A DNA stretch of 57,370 nt, taken from an uncultured Bacilli bacterium (GTDB lineage: Bacteria; Bacillota_I; Bacilli_A; RF39; UBA660). Made by a program: the position numbers and the translations under genes. The stretch spans positions 1-57,370 of the forward strand of contig CANQAT010000001.1 of NCBI GenBank assembly GCA_947588925.1, given 5' to 3'. Within the stretch, counting starts at the first letter, position 1, and each line of letters begins with the position of its first letter. Below are positions 44,579 through 53,786 of this stretch, in pieces. Under the pieces are notes generated by a model that saw only the letters and a program-made list of their open reading frames with translations, had not been told where the DNA came from and did no database searches.

Positions 44579-45679
44579 ATGAAAAAGTATTTGTTTATAA
44601 TTAGTTTTATAGCTTTAGCTTGTATTTTATTGCTCGTATTTTACAAACCTAAAGAAAGTGAAACATTGCCAGAAGAGCCTATAATAGATTATTATGAGCC
44701 ACAAGAAAAAAGGATGTCTTTGGTCGCTTTAGGAGATGCTCTTATACATAGTGGTGTGTATACAGACGCTTATATAGGTAATGGAAATTATGACTTTAGT
44801 GATATGTTTACTTATATAGAACCAATAATAAAAAATTACGATTTAAGATATTACAATCAGGAAACTATTATAGGTGGTAAAAACTTAGGTATATCTAATT
44901 TTCCAACATTCAATTCGCCTGATGAAATAGGACTTAATTTAATGGATATAGGTTTTAATTTAATAAGTCTAGCAAACAACCATGCACTTGATAAAGGAGA
45001 AAAGGGTATACTTTACTCAGTTGATTTTTGGAAGAGTAAAGATGTAGTAACTAGTGGTCAATCATCATCTTTTGAAGATAGAAATGATATAAAAGTGTAT
45101 GAGAAAAATGGTATAAAGTATGCATTTATAGCTTATACAGATGGAACAAACGGAATAAGCATTCCAAATGGGGAAGAATATTTAGTAAATGTATATTCAC
45201 CCGATCAAGCTAAAGAAGATATAGAAAGTATAAAAGATAAAGTAGATGTTATAATAGTTTCGATGCACTGGGGAGTAGAGTATACACATATTCCAAATGA
45301 TAGACAAAAAGAAGAAGCTAAATATTTATCAAGTTTAGGTGTAAATGTAATAATAGGTTCACATCCTCACGTAATTCAACCAATAGATTTTATAGATAAT
45401 ACACTTGTTATATATTCATTAGGTAATTTTATATCTTCACAAAGAATACTTGGATTAGATAAAATAATAGGACTTTTAGTAGGGGTTGATATAGTTGTTA
45501 AAGATGACTCAGTATCTTTTGAAAACTTAAATTATAAACTATTATATACATACGATAATAACTATAAAAACTATAGTGTAATTCCATTTGAAAACTTAAC
45601 AGAAGATATATTAAAGAATTATAAGAGTATAGAACAAGAGTATATACAAATTGTAGAAAATGAGGTAATTTATGATTGA
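44579..45679 (+). CDS. CapA-family protein, copy 2 (tandem paralog)
   Basis: Same motifs (ANNHALDKG, MHWGVE, GSHPHV). A 64-nt block is identical to copy 1. Confidence 0.75.
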   Translation: MKKYLFIISFIALACILLLVFYKPKESETLPEEPIIDYYEPQEKRMSLVALGDALIHSGVYTDAYIGNGNYDFSDMFTYIEPIIKNYDLRYYNQETIIGGKNLGISNFPTFNSPDEIGLNLMDIGFNLISLANNHALDKGEKGILYSVDFWKSKDVVTSGQSSSFEDRNDIKVYEKNGIKYAFIAYTDGTNGISIPNGEEYLVNVYSPDQAKEDIESIKDKVDVIIVSMHWGVEYTHIPNDRQKEEAKYLSSLGVNVIIGSHPHVIQPIDFIDNTLVIYSLGNFISSQRILGLDKIIGLLVGVDIVVKDDSVSFENLNYKLLYTYDNNYKNYSVIPFENLTEDILKNYKSIEQEYIQIVENEVIYD

Positions 45680-46118
45680 GATAAAAAATAAAAAAGCAAC
45701 ATTTGATTATTTTATAGAAGAAGAAATAGAATGTGGTATAGTACTTAAGGGAACAGAGATTAAATCTATTAGAAATGGTTTAGCAAATATAAAAGATTGC
45801 TACGCAATTATAAAAAATAATGAAGTATTTTTACTTAATATGTTTATTGCTAAATACGATGACGCTAGTATTTTTAATCACGATGAAAGAAGGACTAGAA
45901 AACTCTTACTAAATAAAAAAGAAATATTAAAATTAAAAGATAAAGTAGAGGTTAGTGGTTATACCTTAATACCTATAAAAGTATATTTTAAAGGTAACAA
46001 AGTTAAAGTGTTACTAGGGCTTGGAAAGGGTAAGAAGACATACGATAAAAGAAATTCATTAAAAGAAAAAGATATTAAAAGAGAAATAACGAGAACTTTA
46101 AAGGAAAATAACAAATAA
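45672..46118 (+). CDS. smpB: SsrA-binding protein
   Basis: NKKATFDYFIEE..ECGIVLKGTEIKSIR and RTRKLLLNKKEI motifs. Confidence 0.9.
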   Translation: MIEIKNKKATFDYFIEEEIECGIVLKGTEIKSIRNGLANIKDCYAIIKNNEVFLLNMFIAKYDDASIFNHDERRTRKLLLNKKEILKLKDKVEVSGYTLIPIKVYFKGNKVKVLLGLGKGKKTYDKRNSLKEKDIKREITRTLKENNK

Positions 46119-46197
46119 TTTGTATAAAAAACTTGCATTTTTAATTTATTTATTATATACTTATGTTGTGAAATGATAACGGAAGGAGATGCTTTTT

Positions 46198-46455
46198 ATG
46201 AAAATAACGTCAGTCAATGTTCACAAAAAAAATGATGATACTAGAATGAAAGGGATAGCTTCAGTTTTGCTAGATGATTGCTTTGTAATTAGAGATATAA
46301 GAATCATTGAAGGAAAAGATGGCTTATTCATTGCAATGCCAAGCAGAAAGAACGCTGAGGGTGAATATCATGATATAGCTCATCCAATAAATACTGAAAC
46401 AAGAAAAATGTTTGAGGACGCTATATTTGAAGAATATAATAAAGTAGAAGAATAA
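46198..46455 (+). CDS. spoVG: Septation/regulatory protein SpoVG
   Basis: MKITSVNVHK..MKGIASVLLDDCFVIRDIRIIEGKDGLFIAMPSRK. RBS GGAAGGAG. Confidence 0.9.
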   Translation: MKITSVNVHKKNDDTRMKGIASVLLDDCFVIRDIRIIEGKDGLFIAMPSRKNAEGEYHDIAHPINTETRKMFEDAIFEEYNKVEE

Positions 46456-46460
46456 TACTA

Positions 46461-46480
46461 AAACTCGAAAGAGTTTTTTT
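46461..46480 (+). terminator. Intrinsic terminator after spoVG
   Basis: AAACTC-GAAA-GAGTTT followed by T-run. Confidence 0.65.
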
Positions 46481-46522
46481 CATATCTTTTTTTAACATTC
46501 ATATACTCTAATAGGTGATACA

Positions 46523-46807
46523 ATGGACAAGGATATAGTAACTGTTAATCATAACATTAATATTACACAAAGAAAAAATATAACTATTAGTGGTGTTAAA
46601 AAGATTGAAAATTTTGATGAATCTGAATTCTTACTCGAAACTAATATGGGATATTTAATGATTAAAGGAACAAATTTAGAAATAATAAAATTAGACACAT
46701 ATCAAGGAGACGTATCCATTAAAGGAAAAGTAAATAGTTTAAATTATTTAGAAGAGGGTAAGATGAAAGACAAACAAGAAAGTGTGTTTTCTAAACTGTT
46801 TAAATGA
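46523..46807 (+). CDS. yabP: Sporulation protein YabP
   Basis: ITISGVKKIENFDESEFLLETNMGYLMIKG matches the family pattern. ATGA overlap with the next gene. Confidence 0.8.
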   Translation: MDKDIVTVNHNINITQRKNITISGVKKIENFDESEFLLETNMGYLMIKGTNLEIIKLDTYQGDVSIKGKVNSLNYLEEGKMKDKQESVFSKLFK

Positions 46808-47091
46808 TAGATTTACAACTTCAACTTAAATTACTCATATTTTCCTTTATATTTGGATTTATGTTCTCTTTTTCTTTAGAAATTTTTAATAAATATTCGA
46901 AGAGATTTTCAAAATCTATTGAGATAATATTATCATTTATATTCATTTTATTCATGTCAGTAATATACTTTTTAGGTATTCAAAAAATAGGATATGCTAT
47001 ATTCCATATATATTCTATTTTAAGCATAATACTTGGGTTTTATATATATGAGATTATAGTTAAACTAATTGCAAAACCTCCTAAAAGATGA
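46804..47091 (+). CDS. yabQ: Spore cortex biosynthesis membrane protein YabQ
   Basis: 95-aa three-TM protein in the conserved yabP-yabQ-divIC order. Confidence 0.65.
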   Translation: MIDLQLQLKLLIFSFIFGFMFSFSLEIFNKYSKRFSKSIEIILSFIFILFMSVIYFLGIQKIGYAIFHIYSILSIILGFYIYEIIVKLIAKPPKR

Positions 47092-47112
47092 TATACTTTA
47101 TAGGGTGATAAT

Positions 47113-47541
47113 ATGGCTAGAAGAGTCGTACCAAGAATTTCTAAAAGAAGGTTAATGGTTTTAGGAACTGCCAGTTTGATTGCTATAGTATTTTTCATCT
47201 TTAGTTTAGTATATAATATATATACAATATATACTTTGACAAATGAAAAAAAAGATTTAATATCTTTTTATGAGCAATTACAAGCTGACGCAGAAGATAT
47301 AAAGCTTTTTAAAGAAAAACTTAGCGATAGTAAATATTTAGCTGATTATGCTCGGGAGCACTTCCAATATTCTACTGATGGAGAATATATATTAGAATTT
47401 GATGAAGATGATACTAAAGAGGTAATAAATAATATATCTAGTGATATAAATAAAAATTATATGGTATTAGGACTTATTGTTCTCATTGCCTTAATATTTA
47501 TATACATCTTATTTAAAGGTAGAAAGAAATCAAAAAAATAA
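47113..47541 (+). CDS. divIC: Septum formation initiator (DivIC/FtsB family)
   Basis: N-terminal TM helix and coiled-coil segment. Synteny after yabQ. Confidence 0.6.
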   Translation: MARRVVPRISKRRLMVLGTASLIAIVFFIFSLVYNIYTIYTLTNEKKDLISFYEQLQADAEDIKLFKEKLSDSKYLADYAREHFQYSTDGEYILEFDEDDTKEVINNISSDINKNYMVLGLIVLIALIFIYILFKGRKKSKK

Positions 47542-47546
47542 AGAGA

Positions 47547-48089
47547 CTATAATTTAACAGTCCCTTTTTCATTATCTAAATTATTTCCGTCAAAATAATC
47601 TTTTGCTTTATATCCTTTAATCATAGCTATTATATTTGATGGACAAGTTTTAACGAGTTTATTGTAGTCAGTAACAATATCATTATAATATTTTCTTAGT
47701 CCAACTATTTCTGATTCTGATTCCATAAGGTTTATATCGATTCTCATAAACTCTTCATTTGTCTGTAAATTTTCATATTTTTCTTTTATAGCATGAAATT
47801 CATTAATGGCGTCATATAAACTTCTATCTAGTTCAAAATTAGTTAACTTTTTTGATCTTAATTTTACAATTCCTTCTAGTATTTCTTCATCTGTATTTAT
47901 ATTAGCTTTAATTATACCAATAGATTTATTTAATAGATCAAATCTTTTTCTTAAAACTGCGTCTATACTTACATCTGCTTCATTTATTCTTATTATATAA
48001 TCTTGAAAGTGATTATAAGTAGCTATTAAAAGTATTAAAACTAAACATACAACAATTACTATTGAAAGCGTTATTATTGCTATACTCAT
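47547..48089 (-). CDS. lemA: LemA family protein
   Basis: N-terminal TM helix. Family-typical helical region, NKLVKTCPSNIIA. Confidence 0.75.
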   Translation of the reverse strand: MSIAIITLSIVIVVCLVLILLIATYNHFQDYIIRINEADVSIDAVLRKRFDLLNKSIGIIKANINTDEEILEGIVKLRSKKLTNFELDRSLYDAINEFHAIKEKYENLQTNEEFMRIDINLMESESEIVGLRKYYNDIVTDYNKLVKTCPSNIIAMIKGYKAKDYFDGNNLDNEKGTVKL

Positions 48090-48140
48090 ATTACCACCTA
48101 AAATAATTATAGCAAATTTCTACTTTTCAATCAATACTTT

Positions 48141-48524
48141 TTATAAGTTTTGACCAGTAGATGGATAAAATTGTGGGACTGTATTTATTTCCTCATCAAA
48201 TTTAATATAATCCACATATATCATTAGTAAAAGGTACCAATTTCCTGTAGTTGGGTCACTTAATATAATATGATCTCTACCTGATTGTTCTATAATACCA
48301 GTAAATACCTTATCCTTCCATTCACCTGAATCTGCAAATGATTGATAAACAGATACTCTTTTTCCTCTATTTACTCTTAATATGTTTTCTATATATGATT
48401 GTTCATTAGGTACATATTCTTGTGAAGTAGTAGGTGCCATACTTTGATTAGGTGTTGGAATATTCCCAGAATAAATAGGACTTCCCGGGAATTTTGAATT
48501 GTTATTTAAATAATTATTGTTCAT
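48141..48524 (-). CDS. gerQ: Spore coat protein GerQ family
   Basis: SYIENILRVNRGKRVSVY ... GIIEQSGRDHIILSDPTTGNWYLLLMIYVDYIKFDEEI. Confidence 0.7.
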   Translation of the reverse strand: MNNNYLNNNSKFPGSPIYSGNIPTPNQSMAPTTSQEYVPNEQSYIENILRVNRGKRVSVYQSFADSGEWKDKVFTGIIEQSGRDHIILSDPTTGNWYLLLMIYVDYIKFDEEINTVPQFYPSTGQNL

Positions 48525-48593
48525 AAAATCATCCTTTCTTTAAAATATATTTAAAAATATAAAAAAATATGATACAATTATGGTGGTGATCAA

Positions 48594-49157
48594 ATGAAAG
48601 TTAGTATAGGTGTTTCAAATAGACATGTTCACTTAACAAAAGAACATTTGAGTATTTTGTTTGGTGAGGATTATAAGTTAGAAAAGAAAAATGATTTAAA
48701 CCAACCTGGACAGTTTTCATCAACTGCAGTTGTAACAATAAAAACAGATAAATCTGAAATAGATAATGTTAGAGTTTTAGGACCAATTAGAAATTATACT
48801 CAGGTTGAAATTAGTAAAACTGATGCATATAAATTAGGACTTAATCCACCAGTTAGAAACTCTGGAGATTTAGAGGGAAGTAGTCCGATTAAAATAGTAG
48901 GTCCAAAAGGATGTGTAGATCTAAAGTCCGGTTGTATTATAGCGACTCGCCATATACATATTTTGCCTAGTCAATTAAAAATGTATAACTTAGAAGGCAA
49001 GGAAACTGTTAATGTAAAATTAAATGGAGAAAAAGGCGGTATAATTACTAATGTATATTTGAAAGTGAGTGATGAAGCTTTCTTTGAGCTACATATAGAT
49101 ACAGATGACGCAAATGCACATTTGGTAAAAAATGGGGATATAGGTGAGATTATATGA
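48594..49157 (+). CDS. pduL: Phosphate propanoyl/acetyltransferase PduL
   Basis: Duplicated PduL signature: VSNRHVHL, and later ATRHIHI. Confidence 0.8.
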   Translation: MKVSIGVSNRHVHLTKEHLSILFGEDYKLEKKNDLNQPGQFSSTAVVTIKTDKSEIDNVRVLGPIRNYTQVEISKTDAYKLGLNPPVRNSGDLEGSSPIKIVGPKGCVDLKSGCIIATRHIHILPSQLKMYNLEGKETVNVKLNGEKGGIITNVYLKVSDEAFFELHIDTDDANAHLVKNGDIGEII

Positions 49158-50167
49158 AAAAGATAAAATATTTAATATTTGTATTAGCTCTTTTCTTATT
49201 TACAGCAAGTAGCGTACATGCTAGTACATGTACATACACGGATGGGCAATTAACTGCAACAGTTACAATTGATTCAAAATCTAACGCTTCTGCCAAAATT
49301 AAAGGATATCTAAATTCAACTGATGAAACAGATATTAGCATAACAGATGATGTTGACAACTGGGGTAAAATCTTTAATCCTAAATTAGGTCCAAGTCCTA
49401 AAATAAAATTTAATGCCAAATCATATTACGAACTTCATAAAGAATGCCCTGAATATGCTATATTTGCAGATATTCCATGGGGTGAGGGAGGAACATGGGA
49501 ATTTAAATTTGCTCTATTTTCTGAACAATTTAAAGCTGAATTTGAAAAATATGGGAAAAAAACACAAGGATATGCTATAATGGAAATTGTTGGAGGCACT
49601 GATCCACAACCATCATTTGAACCACATTCGTGTATAGACTTTCCAATAAATGTTTGTACTAACGGTTCCTGTGAAAAATCATGTGAACATAATTCAAAAT
49701 TTTCTTGTATTTGGAATGAAACAGACCAAGGAAGTTACTGTAATACTGATAATTTGCTTTATATTAGTTGCGCAGACGCATTTGATATGCCACATCAAAT
49801 TCCTCAAATATTAAGCTTTATATTTAACCTGCTTAAGATAGGAACTCCGATCATTCTTATAATAGTAAGTATTATATCTTTAGTAAAAGCACTAGCTGCT
49901 TCAAAAGATGATGAAATTAAAAAGGCGCAACACTCTCTTATTAGAAAACTTATTGCTGGAGCTTTAGTATTCTTTATAGCTTCAATTGTACAACTCGTTA
50001 TTTCTATAGTAGCTGATTCTTCTGAAACAGAAAATGTTTCAACTTGTATAGACTGTTTGTTAAATAACGATTGTGAAAGCAGTATGTACTATAAGACAAA
50101 TGTAGGCGGAACAACAGTTTGTACATATCTTGAAAGTGGAGAAGAAAAAACTTGTGATGATAATTAA
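49154..50167 (+). CDS. Paralog 5 (orphan): Cys-rich ectodomain plus VirB2/TrbC-like two-helix module
   Basis: Signal peptide, then SCADAFDMPHQIP ... TPIILIIVSIISLVKALAASKDDEIKKAQHSLIRKLIAGALVFF and CIDCLL. ATGA overlap with the pduL stop. Confidence 0.6.
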   Translation: MKKIKYLIFVLALFLFTASSVHASTCTYTDGQLTATVTIDSKSNASAKIKGYLNSTDETDISITDDVDNWGKIFNPKLGPSPKIKFNAKSYYELHKECPEYAIFADIPWGEGGTWEFKFALFSEQFKAEFEKYGKKTQGYAIMEIVGGTDPQPSFEPHSCIDFPINVCTNGSCEKSCEHNSKFSCIWNETDQGSYCNTDNLLYISCADAFDMPHQIPQILSFIFNLLKIGTPIILIIVSIISLVKALAASKDDEIKKAQHSLIRKLIAGALVFFIASIVQLVISIVADSSETENVSTCIDCLLNNDCESSMYYKTNVGGTTVCTYLESGEEKTCDDN

Positions 50168-51085
50168 AGGGGTTGTTCGGAAATTAAGTGATTGATTTAT
50201 AATCAGTCTCTTTTTTTATTATGTATAATTATTAAATCAAAAAAGTCGAAACTATAAAGTCTCGACAAAATGTGATACAATATTCTTGTCTAGAGAAATG
50301 AGGTATCACATAAACTATTTTACTACAAATAGATTTTTATTTCTAGTCCCCTCAGACGATTGTATTGAGGAATTTGAAAAAATGGATAAGTTTGTTGAAC
50401 TTTTGAATAAATCTGGAATTGGAAAAATAATTGAACAAGAACATAAAAAGTATAAAAAAGCAAATTTTGGAAAACCCAACTATAATCTTTATAATATGAT
50501 GGCAACTGTAATTTATTGTTATACAAAATTTAGAGCTACTCTAAGAGAAATGGAAACTTTATGCAAATTTGATTTGCGAGTAATTTATTTAATGCAACAA
50601 ACAATTCCAGACCATGTTGTCATATGTGATTTTATTAATAAATATATTATTCCTCATCAATATGAAATATTTACGATGATTAATAAGGCAATAATAAATG
50701 AACTTAAGTTAGATATGTCCATTCAATATAATGATGGTACAAAAATAGAAGCTAATGCTAATAAATATAAATTCGTATGGAAACCAACAACTTATCATAA
50801 AAAATTGGATGTTAAAATTAAAGATTTATTAGTTAAAATGAATATTAAGTTTAAAAGTAAAAACTTGATAAAATTATTTCAATTTAATGAATTTATAAAA
50901 GAATATACTACTATAAAACATGATATATGTATAAATAATATACCAAGTGGAAGAGGGAAAAAATTAAAAGATAATTATTGGAATACGCCTTCTAATTTAA
51001 AAGAAGAAAAATTTCCTTTCCCAAAACAAAAAAAGAAAAAAGAGACTGACAAGAAATCAATCACTTAATTTCCGAGCAGTCCCTT
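50168..51085 (+). mobile_element. Internally deleted IS1182-like insertion sequence (~0.92 kb) with ~45-bp imperfect terminal inverted repeats
   Basis: Left end AAGGGGTTGTTCGGAAATTAAGTGATTGATTT..TCAGTCTC. The right end (51041..51085) is its imperfect reverse complement. Confidence 0.75.
50298..51068 (+). pseudogene. Truncated IS1182/IS5-like transposase: N-terminal DUF772-type region only, no complete DDE domain
   Basis: FGKPNYNLYNMM..LREMETLCKFDLRVIYLM..IPDHVVICDF and DGTKIEANANKYKFVW. The ORF runs into the right inverted repeat after only ~256 aa. Confidence 0.6.
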
Positions 51086-51311
51086 TTTTCATTAAAGGTA
51101 ATACAAAATGTGTCAAATTGTAATCATTTTTGCAAGTGTGAAAATAAATTAGCACCATTTTTTTCGATAAAATGCCTTGTAATACAAGGGTTTTCAAAAA
51201 AATTGGTGCAACTCCCATATCCTGTTGAAAATAAAAACTTGTTAAATTTAGTGTTTTTATATATTTATATTTAAAATATAATTAAAAATTATAAATATTT
51301 TAACAGACTAA

Positions 51312-52409
51312 TCACTCATCATTTTCATCATCTGTTTTTCTAAAATCTAATTTATAATTATTATCATCAGATTTTTCAAAAACTACATCTTCAATACCAA
51401 TTTCTGCAAGTTTATCATATGTCAATATTTCATTTTCTTCTAATCTTAATACTTCTCTTAATAACCATGCACCTAACTCACTATTTGGGTTAGACATTAA
51501 TGCTTTCCCATTGTCTTGACATAATTTCATAGACATTTCCTTCCCATTAGGAAGCAAAACATTAAACGAAGTATCCCTACTTGGAAAGAAATCTTTATAT
51601 TTTTCTCTAATTTTCTTATTGAATGGTATATAAACTTCATCTATATTTCTGCTTCTTCCACCAGCATTCCATTGGTTTAAACCACTTTTTGGATAGACTA
51701 ATTTAACTCCATTTTTTTCAGAATATAATGGAATAACAGCTACTTCATCTTCAGTTATTGTTACTAATGAGTCTATTCCTTTTCTTAATACTTCAAATGG
51801 ATTAGTAGCTACTTTGACAAAAACACTATCATAATATTCATCTGTATTAAAACGTTTAAGTAAAACACTCTTTGATATATTAAAATTATACTCATGAAGT
51901 CCATCAGTAAAAATTAAAGAAGTATCTGAAGTATTAATTATTTTTATATTTGAAATATCTATTTTATCCATAGGCTCTTCGTAAAAATGAAAACCTTTTT
52001 TATTTCTAATAACACAGTGATATATCATTTTAGATAACCCATATGTAGCCATAGTAGATTCGATACGATCATTTCTTAATTCAGCTATTTTTTTGATTTT
52101 TTCTAATCCTTCTAAATCAGAATATGATTTTCTAGCTTTATTAAATTCCGCAATTTTCTGCCATGTTTTTTTATTGCCTTCAGTAAATGTCTTTATTCCA
52201 ATTCCAATATTATTTAATTTTGCATCAGCTGTAACACAAGATCTAGCAAGATTTGTAGCACCAAAACATTCACAATATAAATTTTCAGGAACTCTATAAT
52301 CGAGCCATGGATCATCATTTTCACTAAATAATAATGACAATGAGCCAATTAATTTTAAGTTATTTTTGTAATCTTCGAATTTGCTTTTATCATAATTAAT
52401 TATCTGCAT
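51312..52409 (-). CDS. Type II restriction endonuclease candidate (specificity unknown)
   Basis: 365-aa ORF overlapping the 3' end of the C5-methyltransferase gene by 14 nt. Possible PD-(D/E)xK-like segment TADAKLNNIGIGIKT. The call rests mainly on context. Confidence 0.55.
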   Translation of the reverse strand: MQIINYDKSKFEDYKNNLKLIGSLSLLFSENDDPWLDYRVPENLYCECFGATNLARSCVTADAKLNNIGIGIKTFTEGNKKTWQKIAEFNKARKSYSDLEGLEKIKKIAELRNDRIESTMATYGLSKMIYHCVIRNKKGFHFYEEPMDKIDISNIKIINTSDTSLIFTDGLHEYNFNISKSVLLKRFNTDEYYDSVFVKVATNPFEVLRKGIDSLVTITEDEVAVIPLYSEKNGVKLVYPKSGLNQWNAGGRSRNIDEVYIPFNKKIREKYKDFFPSRDTSFNVLLPNGKEMSMKLCQDNGKALMSNPNSELGAWLLREVLRLEENEILTYDKLAEIGIEDVVFEKSDDNNYKLDFRKTDDENDE

Positions 52410-53385
52410 TTTCTGTCTCCTTTATCGCATCTAATATTTTTTCAGCAACCCTTTTTATTACATTAACAGACACCGCATTCCCAGCTTGTTTATAAATTCT
52501 AGAATCAGCCAATTCTTTTGGAACAATGAAATTTTCAGGGAATCCTTGAAGCATTAAACATTCAATAGGTAATAATTTTCTAATTTTATTATAATTTGTA
52601 TATATTAAAGGTACATTATGCCCTCCCATACCCATATTTGCGGTTAATGTTGGACATAACCCATTTTTATTTTCTCTAACATAAACTCTTCTATATTGAT
52701 AAACAGTATTATGTTCTTTTATATTATCACTTAATAATTTATAACATTTTTTATCTTGTTCGTATAAGTATTTTTTTGGAACTTCTTTTTCCCAATCAAC
52801 GATTTTATCTATAGTATTTTTTAATTGAATCTTTCTAGGCCATTTAAAGTTATTATAATCATTTTCATTAAGAAAACCTATTATAAAAATTCTCTCTCTA
52901 TTTTGAGGTAAATCTCCATATTCACAAGTGTTTAAAACTTTTGATTCAACAAAATATCCGTAATGCTCCAATGTTTCTTTAATTACTTTAAATGTATTTC
53001 CATTATCATGCGTTTTCAAGTTTTTTACATTTTCTAAAAATAATATTCTTGGTTTATTGTTATTTTCAGCCATTTCTTTTACTAATCTCATTATTTGGAA
53101 AAACATATTGCCACGATCATCTTCAAAGCCTTTCCTATATCCCGCAATAGAAAATGGTTGACAAGGAAAACCAGCTGATAAAACATCAACTTTAGGTATA
53201 TCTTTTCCTTTTATGTTACATATATCATCAACTACAAGCTTAATGTCTTTATGATTTAAATTAAATGTAACAGCACAATATTTGTCTATTTCATTAGCCC
53301 ATATTGGTTTAAATCCAGCATTTTTAAATCCTAAATCTATTCCACCAATTCCAGCGAATAAACTTGCCATTTTTAATTTTTTCAT
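52396..53385 (-). CDS. DNA (cytosine-5)-methyltransferase
   Basis: Motif I FAGIGG, IV GFPCQPFS, VI ENVKNL, VIII QNRERIFIIG, X GNAVSVNV. Confidence 0.9.
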   Translation of the reverse strand: MKKLKMASLFAGIGGIDLGFKNAGFKPIWANEIDKYCAVTFNLNHKDIKLVVDDICNIKGKDIPKVDVLSAGFPCQPFSIAGYRKGFEDDRGNMFFQIMRLVKEMAENNNKPRILFLENVKNLKTHDNGNTFKVIKETLEHYGYFVESKVLNTCEYGDLPQNRERIFIIGFLNENDYNNFKWPRKIQLKNTIDKIVDWEKEVPKKYLYEQDKKCYKLLSDNIKEHNTVYQYRRVYVRENKNGLCPTLTANMGMGGHNVPLIYTNYNKIRKLLPIECLMLQGFPENFIVPKELADSRIYKQAGNAVSVNVIKRVAEKILDAIKETENADN

Positions 53386-53750
53386 AACACACCGCCTATC
53401 TCTAATAACATTATATCATTTATAATTAACATTTGCATCAATTTAATATAAATTTTTTAAATTCAATACATTTTTAAATATTATCAAATACAAAAATATT
53501 GTTTATTTTAGACATAGTTGCAGATATATATATTAAACTTTCATATTTAAGTTTATTGTTTTTCCTTTTTATCTAAAATGTTTTCAAATTGAAACATAAA
53601 TAGCTTCCTAGGCTCTCAGATAATCAATATCATAATTCCCAATATATGCAATAACTTTTCGTTTTCTAAAGTATGTACAGTAATTAGTATAATAAGCGTT
53701 AGAAATCTTAATTTCTAACGCTTTTTAAACTTTTTAAATTATTAAAAAAA

Positions 53751-53786
53751 ACTGAGTAGAAATTATTCATTTCCGCTCAGCCCCTT
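53751..53786. repeat. Degenerate solo IS terminal repeat abutting and overlapping the clpP stop codon
   Basis: ACTGAGTAGAAATTATTCA-TTTCCGCTCAGCCCCTT aligns to the IS end at 59..99 with 30 of 36 matches and one 5-nt gap. It has the same orientation as the right end at 51041..51085. Confidence 0.5.

Noticed and set aside
45672-46200. A tmRNA (ssrA) gene next to smpB.
   Set aside because: Only ~70 nt separate smpB from the spoVG RBS. No tRNA-like acceptor/T-arm or tag-reading-frame structure is visible.
1-51085. A 50-kb composite transposon bounded by the two IS copies.
   Set aside because: The interior is dominated by essential or core genes (scpAB, rnr, smpB, spoVG, yabPQ, divIC). The right-hand IS copy has lost most of its transposase. 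Inverted IS copies acting as a recombination substrate is the more conservative reading.
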